From contig CAJUTK010000002.1 in the NCBI GenBank assembly GCA_910589375.1, forward strand, positions 437,651 through 501,650: a DNA stretch of 64,000 nucleotides, written 5' to 3'. Within the stretch, counting starts at the first letter, position 1. Every line of letters begins with the position of its first letter. The translations under genes were made by a program, and so were the position numbers. Source of the stretch: an uncultured Bacilli bacterium. GTDB taxonomy: Bacteria; Bacillota_I; Bacilli_A; RF39; UBA660. The notes beneath the pieces were generated by a model. That model did no database searches, was not told where the DNA came from, and was given only the letters and a program-made list of their open reading frames with translations. Shown here piece after piece: positions 44,335 through 52,482 of the stretch.

Positions 44335-46824
44335 TTATTTTCCAATTATATTACGTTTGTAAGTACAATTTTGCTTATTAAAATTTTCACATCCGATAAA
44401 TTTACCATATGGTCCATTCTTTTGCAATAATCTGCCACCACATATGGGGCATTCATATCTTTCATTTTTTAATTCTTTTGCATGATCTTCTTTTAATTCA
44501 TTAATAAAGATGGATTCTTGATTTTTAACTGTCAGGAAAAACACTTTATTCTTGGCTCTAGTCATTGCAACATAGAAAATCCTTCTCTCCTCTGCAAATA
44601 AATAAGTATCTCTACTATCTAATAATAATTCTAATATTGGTACATCTTGAACTTTGCTAGGAAATCCTATTTTCGAATTTTTATTATTAATAATAAAAAC
44701 ATAATCAGCTTGTAACCCTTTTGATTTATGGGCAGTTATAAAATTCATTTTTAAATCTTTTCGTCTTGAGTATCTTATATCTACTACTTTGCTTTGACTG
44801 TTATATTTACAGTTTAATAAATCACTAGTTTGTAATATTTTGTAATCAAATGAATACCTACCAATAAAGAAAACTGTACTATTTGATGGTAAATCATTTA
44901 ATTTATTCAACATAAATTCTACTGCGCATTTTTCATTATATCCATTTATTTCACCAATTACTGACTTGTTCCAATTATCATTTCCACAAATATTTTTTCT
45001 TATCTGTAAAGGATTCTTTTGAATAAAATTACTACTTATTTCAATAAGTTTCTGACTAAACCTATATGTATTTTCAATTTTACTAATTTCAAAATCTCCC
45101 CAATAATATCTAAAATTCAATATAAAGTTTATATCACTACCTGCAAATCGATAAATACTTTGCCAATCATCCCCTACACAAAACAAATGAAATTTATTAG
45201 ATTTTCTCATACTCTTTATTAGATTAAATCTAGATTTAGAAATGTCTTGATATTCATCAATTATTACATATTTGTAAGCACTAGTATATTTTACTTTATT
45301 TATATAATCTGTGGCAATATTAATCATGTCATTAAAATCAAATTCATGATGTTCTTTTAAATAACTAGCATAAGAATTATAAATTGGTTCTAATAAAGAT
45401 AATATTATATTATTACTCTTATTATATGAAGAACTATCACTTAGTTCTTTTACTTCCCCAATTGTATAATTATTACTCTTAATTAAGTTAATAAGTGTCC
45501 CAAAAAGTTCAATTATACTTTCTAAATAAGAATCATTATTAAATTTTTCATTCCAAAGTTCAGTTATATTTTTAGGTTCCATTCTAATAGATTGACTAAA
45601 AAGGTTTTTTTGCAAGTTTTCCAATAAAGTTTCTTCCATTTTTTCATAAGCATAACATTCAATCATAGTTGTGTTATTTTTTTTATGAATATTTCTTTTC
45701 CAATCAATTGAATCTTGATATTCTTGACTTGGTGATTTTCCATGTTTACTATTAAAATATGAAGGTACTTCCCCATCCCTATCAATTCCAAAATATTCAA
45801 TATATATATCCTCTTCTGGCAAATAAAAATCAGGAGTATATTGCGTATACTCATTTGTACTAGTATTATATTTATAAGGGCTCTCATAAACATACTCTAT
45901 ATTGTTTTGGTATAAAAAATTAGCTATATCCATTTCTCCATAGCTTTTAACTGTTTCATTTTTCATGGTGGTAGGAGGATTGCAACGCAAATATTCTTCA
46001 TATTCTTCTTGGGTTTTAAATTCAAATTCTGACTTATAGGTAATCCTATTATATAAAAAATACTTTATTAATAAATTCAAATATTCATCCATTGATAAAT
46101 TTTGTTTTAGTTGTTCTTTAATAAAATCATGCAAATTTAATTTTGTAATAGTAATTTTTTTACCTTCAACCTTAGTAATAATATTCATAGCTAATTTATG
46201 AAATGTTGAAACCTCTATACTTTTATCTACCTCTTTAATTATTCTTTCTTTCATTTCGGACGCGCTTACATTTGTAAAAGACAATACTAAAATTTCTTCA
46301 GGCAAACATTTTTTCAATTTAATTAAATATTTTGCTTTTCCAACAATTGTAGTAGTTTTCCCAGTACCTGCACCAGCTATGACCAATTGATTGTAATCAT
46401 CTTTAACAACACATTCCATTTGTTGCATATCTAGAACTTTATCCTCGATTTTTCCAAGAATTCTATACCCATCTTCTATTTTTCTATTAATAATATCTCG
46501 ATTATTTTTTATTGCTTTTTGTTCTGCACCATTATACCAATCTAATAGCATTTTTTGTTTTTCTACTAACAGGCGATATTTTTTTGCTTTTCTAAATTTT
46601 TTTATTTTTTTGGTTTCTATAATTTTAAGTAATTCTACAGTGTCAGATTTCCAAGTATTTATTTTTAATAAACTTATAGTATTAGTGGTGTCAGCAAAAA
46701 TTTCAAAAATATGCTGTAATGCATCTTCAATCTTTAAAATAACATCATCACATAAGGAATTTCTCATTTCACGATTATTTTTTATTCTTACATAAAATTT
46801 CTTAATGAAATTCATTTCATACAT
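44335..46824 (-). CDS. helicase IV-like SF1 (UvrD/Rep-family) helicase with an inserted endonuclease-fold-like motif and a C-terminal topo-IA-type zinc ribbon
   Basis: Motif I AGAGTGKTTT, II VIIDEYQD, III GDDWQSIYRFAG and VI YVAMTRAKNKVF. Insertion with YTPDFYLPEEDIYIEYFG. C-terminal CPICGG...GCENFNKQNC. Confidence 0.8.
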   Translation of the reverse strand: MYEMNFIKKFYVRIKNNREMRNSLCDDVILKIEDALQHIFEIFADTTNTISLLKINTWKSDTVELLKIIETKKIKKFRKAKKYRLLVEKQKMLLDWYNGAEQKAIKNNRDIINRKIEDGYRILGKIEDKVLDMQQMECVVKDDYNQLVIAGAGTGKTTTIVGKAKYLIKLKKCLPEEILVLSFTNVSASEMKERIIKEVDKSIEVSTFHKLAMNIITKVEGKKITITKLNLHDFIKEQLKQNLSMDEYLNLLIKYFLYNRITYKSEFEFKTQEEYEEYLRCNPPTTMKNETVKSYGEMDIANFLYQNNIEYVYESPYKYNTSTNEYTQYTPDFYLPEEDIYIEYFGIDRDGEVPSYFNSKHGKSPSQEYQDSIDWKRNIHKKNNTTMIECYAYEKMEETLLENLQKNLFSQSIRMEPKNITELWNEKFNNDSYLESIIELFGTLINLIKSNNYTIGEVKELSDSSSYNKSNNIILSLLEPIYNSYASYLKEHHEFDFNDMINIATDYINKVKYTSAYKYVIIDEYQDISKSRFNLIKSMRKSNKFHLFCVGDDWQSIYRFAGSDINFILNFRYYWGDFEISKIENTYRFSQKLIEISSNFIQKNPLQIRKNICGNDNWNKSVIGEINGYNEKCAVEFMLNKLNDLPSNSTVFFIGRYSFDYKILQTSDLLNCKYNSQSKVVDIRYSRRKDLKMNFITAHKSKGLQADYVFIINNKNSKIGFPSKVQDVPILELLLDSRDTYLFAEERRIFYVAMTRAKNKVFFLTVKNQESIFINELKEDHAKELKNERYECPICGGRLLQKNGPYGKFIGCENFNKQNCTYKRNIIGK

Positions 46825-46847
46825 CTCTTCTCTATATTGTCATATAC

Positions 46848-46867
46848 ATTTTACCAAATTTTACCAA
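46848..46867. repeat. perfect tandem 10-bp repeat (ATTTTACCAA x2) in the helicase 5' region
   Basis: Two adjacent identical 10-mers 24-43 nt upstream of the helicase start codon. Confidence 0.9.
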
Positions 46868-46893
46868 ACAAAAAAAGCATTTCTGCTCTTTTT
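46868..46893 (-). terminator. intrinsic terminator of the lipoprotein gene
   Basis: The minus strand reads AGCAGAAATGCT followed by a T-run; shares an identical 17-mer with 47667-47683. Confidence 0.5.
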
Positions 46894-46973
46894 CTGTTTT
46901 ATAATATTGTTTATTAATATATCAAAAACCACATCACTATGGTATGGTTGAAATTTGAATTTAGTTTTCCTTT

Positions 46974-47600
46974 CTAATAAGTATACTCCTTATTCTTTTC
47001 TTTAGCATTTACAATAGAGAAAACAGCATCAATATCTTCTTTTAAATAACTTCCATCTTTATTGATATAACTCTCTAATCCATTAGAAGCTAAAAAGTAT
47101 TCAAAAGAAGAGAGTGGATCAATACCATTAACAACAGCATAAGAAATAGTCTCTGATGCAACAGAGTCAGGGGAAAAATAAAGACCTCCCTTATTATGCT
47201 CTAATATAGAAATATCTGCATTTTCATTATAAAGATCTATATAGGTATATTCTTCATAGCCTTCTTCACTGCCATCATCAACTTTAGTTACTTCACCAGT
47301 TTTTAATAAAAAGTAATATCTATTCGTAAGATTATCAGCAACAACAACAGAACTAGAACCACTATCTAATACAAATAATTCACTATTCTGATATCTCACT
47401 CCTGAAAATGCAGGTTCTTCTACTACAGGCTCTTTTTCCAATAAAGATTTATCAGGCTCCTCTACTACTTCTACTGAAGTTTTTTCTTCATTACTATCAT
47501 CAATATTTCTATCACTAGAAGTACAACCTGCTAAATTAATCGTCAGTGCTGATGCTAAAGTAAGTGCTACTAATGTTTTTTTCAAACTATATTTTTTCAT
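46974..47600 (-). CDS. lipoprotein of unknown function
   Basis: Signal peptide with lipobox LAGC. The GGGGGA RBS favours the ATG at 47600. Confidence 0.6.
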   Translation of the reverse strand: MKKYSLKKTLVALTLASALTINLAGCTSSDRNIDDSNEEKTSVEVVEEPDKSLLEKEPVVEEPAFSGVRYQNSELFVLDSGSSSVVVADNLTNRYYFLLKTGEVTKVDDGSEEGYEEYTYIDLYNENADISILEHNKGGLYFSPDSVASETISYAVVNGIDPLSSFEYFLASNGLESYINKDGSYLKEDIDAVFSIVNAKEKNKEYTY

Positions 47601-47664
47601 TTTCTTATTCCCCCTAAGACTATTATAGTTTACCAAAATTATTTATTTTGTCAAGTTCCTTGAA

Positions 47665-47688
47665 ATAAAAAAGCATTTCTGCTTTTTA
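47665..47688 (-). terminator. intrinsic terminator of the SPFH gene
   Basis: Same AGCAGAAATGCT hairpin plus T-run; overlaps the stop codon. Confidence 0.5.
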
Positions 47689-48543
47689 TTTTAAGATACT
47701 ATTAATATCTATCATGAGATTATCACTACCACTTACTTTTGGTAATTCTCCATTCCATTTTTCAATAAATTGTTGTTTTAAAATTTTATCCGTTAATGAG
47801 TTTTCTTTAATTCTATTAGCGTCTGCTTCTGCTTGAGCCTCTATTCTTTTTTTCTCAGCTTCTACCTTGGTTGTTTCAAGCTTTTGTTTAGCTGTTAGGG
47901 CATCTTGTTCGGCTACTGCTTTTCTTTCAATAGAAGCGTTATATTCAGCACTAAAATCAAAATTTTTAATAGAGATAGATAATACTTTAATACCATATTG
48001 TTCTACTCTTTTAATTAACTCTTCTTGAATGTCTGCAGCTACTTCACTTCTCTTTGTAATTAGTTCTTCTGCTGTATATTTTGAAATAGTGCTTTTAATA
48101 GATTCCTGAATAGCTGGTTCTAATACAGTAGTAGTATATCCATTTCCTACTTGGCGATAAAGTTCAATTGCTTTATCTGCATCTATTTGATAATTAACAG
48201 CTACCTTAATACTATTTACAATTTGCATATCCTTTGTAGATGTTTCCAATAAAGCATCGTTTTCATATTTTTGTACTTTAATATTAACTGTTTCAATTCT
48301 CTCAAATGGGAATTTCAAATTAATTCCTTCTTGCAAATAAGTATCTGTAATTTTTCCAAATCTTATTTTAATTCCAACCTCTCCAGTCTGAACTACTTCA
48401 AAGCAACTTGGAATTAATAGTAACAGCCATAAAAGCGAAAATAAGCATTTCTTTTGAAAGCGAAAGCCTCCCTTTTTCCTATCATAACCTGCTAACAAAA
48501 TAGTAATAATCACTAATGCTAGACTTACCATAACATATATCAT
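47686..48543 (-). CDS. SPFH/band-7 (prohibitin-like) membrane protein
   Basis: N-terminal TM helix, SPFH core (GEVGIKIRFGKI ...) and a coiled-coil Ala/Glu-rich C-terminus. Confidence 0.8.
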   Translation of the reverse strand: MIYVMVSLALVIITILLAGYDRKKGGFRFQKKCLFSLLWLLLLIPSCFEVVQTGEVGIKIRFGKITDTYLQEGINLKFPFERIETVNIKVQKYENDALLETSTKDMQIVNSIKVAVNYQIDADKAIELYRQVGNGYTTTVLEPAIQESIKSTISKYTAEELITKRSEVAADIQEELIKRVEQYGIKVLSISIKNFDFSAEYNASIERKAVAEQDALTAKQKLETTKVEAEKKRIEAQAEADANRIKENSLTDKILKQQFIEKWNGELPKVSGSDNLMIDINSILK

Positions 48544-48582
48544 ATTTCTCCTCCTATAATAGTATTATATCAAATTTTTAAG

Positions 48583-48611
48583 CAAGAAAAAAGAAAGTAT
48601 TACACTTTCTA
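48583..48611 (-). terminator. intrinsic terminator of mnmA
   Basis: AGAAAG/CTTTCT stem followed by a T-run on the minus strand. Confidence 0.55.
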
Positions 48612-49712
48612 TAAATACCACAATTTTTCTCCATTTTTTCTTACTTCTTTTATGATTCCCCCACCAAGACATTCTTCTCCATCATAGATAACACACGCTT
48701 GTCCTGGAGTTACTGCCTTTACTCCTTGTGGATATTTGACTAAAATTTCACCATTATCTAAATATTCTAGTGATACATCATTATCTGGCTGCCTATATCG
48801 AAACTTTGCTGTACAATCTATAGGCCTTTTATCACTATTAAAGTTAACAGTATCTATTATACAAGAATCACTAATCAAATAATCAGTATTTCCATAAGAA
48901 ATATAGAGGATATTTTCTTTTAGATCTTTTCCAACTACAAACATTCTTTCTTTAGAGCCGCCAATATTAAGACCCCTTCTTTGACCAATTGTATAATACA
49001 TTAGTCCAATATGTTCTCCTATTACTTCCTTTGTATCTATTTCAATTACTTTACCTGGAGTGTTTGGCAAATAGTTTTCTAAAAATTTTGTAAAATTCCT
49101 TTCACCAATAAAGCAAATACCTGTAGAATCTTTTTTAGAAGCTGTGATTAAACCATATTCATCTGCTATTTTCCTAACCTCAGGTTTTTCCATATCCCCT
49201 ATTGGGAATAAGACGTTTTCTAATTGTTTTTGAGACACCTGTGACAGAAAGTAAGTCTGATCTTTATTCAAATCTACAGCACGTAATAGTTTACCATCTT
49301 TCATTCTAGCATAGTGACCAGTAGCAATATAATCAGCCCCTAGCTTTTCTGCCTCACGTACAAACATATCAAACTTAATATACTTATTACACATGATATC
49401 AGGATTTGGTGTTCTTCCTTTTTTTAATTCCTCTAAAAAGTAAGTGAAAACATAATCCCAATATTCTTTTACAAAATCTATTCTATGGAGTGGAATATCT
49501 AGTTTTTGGCATACTTCTAGTGCATCATTGTAATCTTGCTCCTGTGGGCAAATAGAATCATCCAAATCAGGATTCCCTAAAAAGTCCCCATTTACACTAG
49601 TATCCCAGTTTCTCATAAATAATCCAATTACTTCATATCCCTGTTTTTTTAGCATAATAGCAGCTACACTACTATCTACTCCACCAGACATTCCAATTAC
49701 TACTTTTTTCAT
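48609..49712 (-). CDS. mnmA: tRNA 2-thiouridine(34) synthase
   Basis: PP-loop GMSGGVDSSVAA, NPDIMCN and TGHYAR motifs. Confidence 0.95.
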   Translation of the reverse strand: MKKVVIGMSGGVDSSVAAIMLKKQGYEVIGLFMRNWDTSVNGDFLGNPDLDDSICPQEQDYNDALEVCQKLDIPLHRIDFVKEYWDYVFTYFLEELKKGRTPNPDIMCNKYIKFDMFVREAEKLGADYIATGHYARMKDGKLLRAVDLNKDQTYFLSQVSQKQLENVLFPIGDMEKPEVRKIADEYGLITASKKDSTGICFIGERNFTKFLENYLPNTPGKVIEIDTKEVIGEHIGLMYYTIGQRRGLNIGGSKERMFVVGKDLKENILYISYGNTDYLISDSCIIDTVNFNSDKRPIDCTAKFRYRQPDNDVSLEYLDNGEILVKYPQGVKAVTPGQACVIYDGEECLGGGIIKEVRKNGEKLWYL

Positions 49713-49730
49713 AACTCACCTACAGACTTA

Positions 49731-50342
49731 TTATAGCACATTCACAACAATTTTCAATAAGTAAGGGGTTACGAAAGTTTCTACTAAGGTCATAATTACT
49801 ACCACTAAAAGGGAAACTACTAAAACTAATAAATATCTATTCATAATAGCTTTAAAATCAATTGTTTTTCTTTTTATGATAGAATGAATTAACGCTAAAG
49901 ACACCTTAATGGCGTAGCATCCTAAATATAAGTATATGACAAATATTACAAATTGATGAGGAAAATTATATAAAAAACCTATTAAGCTTCCTTTTAATCC
50001 GTAATTAGCAACAAAACTAGAGAGCGTGAAACTAACTGTAAAAGCTTTATAAAATAATAATATTACTACAATAGGCAATCCTATAATAGAAAAACCCAAT
50101 AGCCATATAATAACTATGAATAAAACATTGATAATTACATTGTTTGTTAGTGAAGCTAAATAATTAGTAGGCTCTATATTTTCTAAAAAAGAAGATAAGG
50201 TTTCTGCTACTAGTTGTTTATCTTGACTACTTAGTACAGTCATAAATAATGCTCCAGTAACGACACCAATAAAACTAATAACAAATAAGAATATTACTAC
50301 TTTTTTATCTACAGTAAATAGTTTGTCCATTGCTTTTTTCAT
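49731..50342 (-). CDS. spoIIM: stage II sporulation protein M-like membrane protein
   Basis: About 5 TM segments, size and topology typical of SpoIIM. The AGGTGA RBS favours the ATG at 50342. Confidence 0.55.
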   Translation of the reverse strand: MKKAMDKLFTVDKKVVIFLFVISFIGVVTGALFMTVLSSQDKQLVAETLSSFLENIEPTNYLASLTNNVIINVLFIVIIWLLGFSIIGLPIVVILLFYKAFTVSFTLSSFVANYGLKGSLIGFLYNFPHQFVIFVIYLYLGCYAIKVSLALIHSIIKRKTIDFKAIMNRYLLVLVVSLLVVVIMTLVETFVTPYLLKIVVNVL

Positions 50343-50432
50343 TATCTCACCTACTAGACTATATGCGATTAGAAAGAACATATTCCAATTTTTAAAAAAA
50401 TACGCTATAATGGACGTATAGGAAGTGATATC

Positions 50433-50567
50433 ATGAAAGAAAAATCAAAGAAAATGAAAAAAGCAGAAAAAAATAGTGGATTAAAAAAGATTGGTATACT
50501 GCTTCTTCTTTTAGCGTTAGTTGGACTTTATGTAATTTTACCTATTATGTCTACACTAGCTTCATAA
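50433..50567 (+). CDS. possible 44-aa small membrane protein
   Basis: Not in the ORF track. AGGAAGTGA upstream. MKEKSKKMKKAEKNSGLKKIGILLLLLALVGLYVILPIMSTLAS has a Lys-rich head and one TM helix. Confidence 0.4.
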   Translation: MKEKSKKMKKAEKNSGLKKIGILLLLLALVGLYVILPIMSTLAS

Positions 50568-50602
50568 AATAAGAAGAGAATAATTTATCCCTGCTACTAA
50601 AT

Positions 50603-50630
50603 AAAAAAAATAATCTTTCGATTATTTTTT
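50603..50630 (-). terminator. intrinsic terminator of mscL
   Basis: AAAAAATAATC/GATTATTTTTT hairpin with a T-run on the minus strand; overlaps the stop. Confidence 0.5.
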
Positions 50631-51101
50631 CTTTTTGTCTGTCTTTACTTTTACTGTCTTTGTTACCTTTTCTTCTTTTACTGTTTTAGCAGACTTTTTA
50701 GTTTCTTTTTTCTCATTTATTAGAGCATCACGGATTTCTTGAAGTAATAATACTTCCTCACTTTTTTTAGGCTTTTCTTCTTTTTTCTCTTCCTCTTCTT
50801 TATGTTCTAATTTTGCTAAAACTGTATTAATAGTTTTAACCATTAAGAAAATACAGAAAGAAATAATTAAGAAGTCTAATACGCTTTGTAAAAAAGCACC
50901 ATAATTAATCGTAGCGTCTTTTACTTGAATAGTAAGACCTGTTGAGAAATCAACTCCACCAGTAATTACTCCTATAATTGGCATTAGGATATTATTTACT
51001 AAAGAGGTAACAATTGTACTAAAAGCGCCTCCAACAATAACTCCTACTGCTAAATCCATAACATTTCCACGAGCTATAAATTTCTTAAATTCTTTTAACA
51101 T
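50622..51101 (-). CDS. mscL: large-conductance mechanosensitive channel with an extended Lys-rich tail
   Basis: [28 protein letters not shown]-terminus. The GAGGTGG RBS favours the ATG at 51101. Confidence 0.9.
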   Translation of the reverse strand: MLKEFKKFIARGNVMDLAVGVIVGGAFSTIVTSLVNNILMPIIGVITGGVDFSTGLTIQVKDATINYGAFLQSVLDFLIISFCIFLMVKTINTVLAKLEHKEEEEKKEEKPKKSEEVLLLQEIRDALINEKKETKKSAKTVKEEKVTKTVKVKTDKKKK

Positions 51102-51143
51102 TTTTCCACCTCGCAAGTATTATATCAGAAAAAAATTTTTTGT

Positions 51144-51172
51144 CAAAAAAAGAAGAGAATTAGTCTCTTCTT
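51144..51172 (-). terminator. intrinsic terminator of the zinc-ribbon gene
   Basis: AGAAGAGA/TCTCTTCT stem followed by a T-run on the minus strand. Confidence 0.7.
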
Positions 51173-51342
51173 TCATCACGTGCATAATTTGCTTTTTCTG
51201 CTTTTTTCTTATCACGACAAGCTTTACAACGAACTGGCTTGTTTTGGAAACCTTTTTCTTCATAAAAATTTTGTTCACCTACTGTGAATAAAAACTCTTC
51301 GCCACAATCCTTGCAGATAATTTTAATATCTTCTTTTTCCAT
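51160..51342 (-). CDS. small zinc-ribbon protein
   Basis: CKDCGEEF...CKACRDKKK pairs. The AAGGAGGTA RBS favours the ATG at 51342, giving 60 aa. Confidence 0.7.
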   Translation of the reverse strand: MEKEDIKIICKDCGEEFLFTVGEQNFYEEKGFQNKPVRCKACRDKKKAEKANYARDERRD

Positions 51343-51451
51343 ACTTACCTCCTTTTCTAAACATCGATTCAATAAAAATCCGTCTTTTAAAGGAAGTAAT
51401 CTTTATTAATCTTATTCATTATATCATAAAAAGTATCTACCGTCAACGAAT

Positions 51452-52387
51452 TTATAATCTCTTTAAATAGTCTTCATAAGCATCACATACTCTATCTAGA
51501 TATTCTTTTTTGCGCAAATCTTCCAAATAACTTTTAGGAATATTAGAATATCCATAAAAAATACCTGCTAAAGAACCTGCTATTGCACCAATAGAGGCAG
51601 TAGATTCCCCAATATTGGTAGTAGCAATAATACATTCCTTATAATTACTAGACTTTAAAAAGCACCATAAAGCAGCCTCTAATGAATCTACTACATAGGC
51701 ACTGCTGTTAATATCTTCTATCGTTAGATTTACGAAATCCCCAGATAAAATTCTATGATAGCAATCTAATGTCTCTTTTGAAAAAATACTATAATCTAGT
51801 TCTTTTACTTTAGTTAAAGCTGAAAACTTATTTGTTCCTCTTAATAAATTCATTACATATCTAACATAAATATAGCAACCACACACAGAAATCTCATGAG
51901 CATGAGTAATCGAAGATAAGTTTCTAACTACTTCTACTATTTCCCTATCAGTAGATTTATTTGCTATAAAATAATAAGCTATAGGAAGCATCCTAATTAA
52001 AGAACCACTACCATTATCATAAAGTCCATTAAGACCGCTTTCTTCTGCTTTTTCTAAATGTTGAGTATAGCTTACTAAAGCTTTTAAAGTAGTTTCTCCA
52101 ATATCAAAAGATTCTTTCATAGAGCAGAATTGATTGGCTGTAAACCACCTTACAAAATTATCTGCAATCTCATCATAATTAATTCCTTTATTCATAAGAG
52201 CATCCATGGTTGCTATTGTAAGGGAGGTACTATCACTCCAAGCACCTTTAGGTATACCATCACGAATTCTTGGCATCATTTTTACTACTGGTTTCTCTAA
52301 TAAATCATTTCTACTGCTTGATTCTGTTGGAACTCCCATAGCATTTCCTACTGCTAATCCTATTAAACCATCTCTTACATGATACAT
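51452..52387 (-). CDS. ADP-ribosylglycohydrolase-family protein
   Basis: GLIGLAVGNAMGVPTE N-terminal motif and AIAGSLAGIFYG C-terminal motif. A GGAG 9 nt upstream favours the ATG at 52387; the alternative is 52402. Confidence 0.8.
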   Translation of the reverse strand: MYHVRDGLIGLAVGNAMGVPTESSSRNDLLEKPVVKMMPRIRDGIPKGAWSDSTSLTIATMDALMNKGINYDEIADNFVRWFTANQFCSMKESFDIGETTLKALVSYTQHLEKAEESGLNGLYDNGSGSLIRMLPIAYYFIANKSTDREIVEVVRNLSSITHAHEISVCGCYIYVRYVMNLLRGTNKFSALTKVKELDYSIFSKETLDCYHRILSGDFVNLTIEDINSSAYVVDSLEAALWCFLKSSNYKECIIATTNIGESTASIGAIAGSLAGIFYGYSNIPKSYLEDLRKKEYLDRVCDAYEDYLKRL

Positions 52388-52413
52388 ACTATCATACTCC
52401 ATATTCTATTTCT

Positions 52414-52443
52414 ATTATAGCAAATGTGAACATTTTTTTTCAA
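52414..52443 (-). promoter_or_regulatory. extended -10 promoter for the ADP-ribosylglycohydrolase gene
   Basis: The minus strand reads TTGAAA, an 18-nt spacer, TGcTATAAT. Confidence 0.55.
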
Positions 52444-52454
52444 TACCTTTATTA

Positions 52455-52482
52455 AAAAAGAGAGCATTTCTACTCTCTTATA
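52455..52482 (-). terminator. intrinsic terminator of spoIVB
   Basis: GAGAG/CTCTC stem followed by a T-run on the minus strand; overlaps the stop. Confidence 0.5.

Noticed and set aside
45019-46795. ORFs overlapping the helicase gene (45019-45222 +, 45663-45893 -, 46610-46795 +)
   Set aside because: They are shadow frames within the 829-aa helicase ORF, whose motifs I-VI are intact and co-linear.
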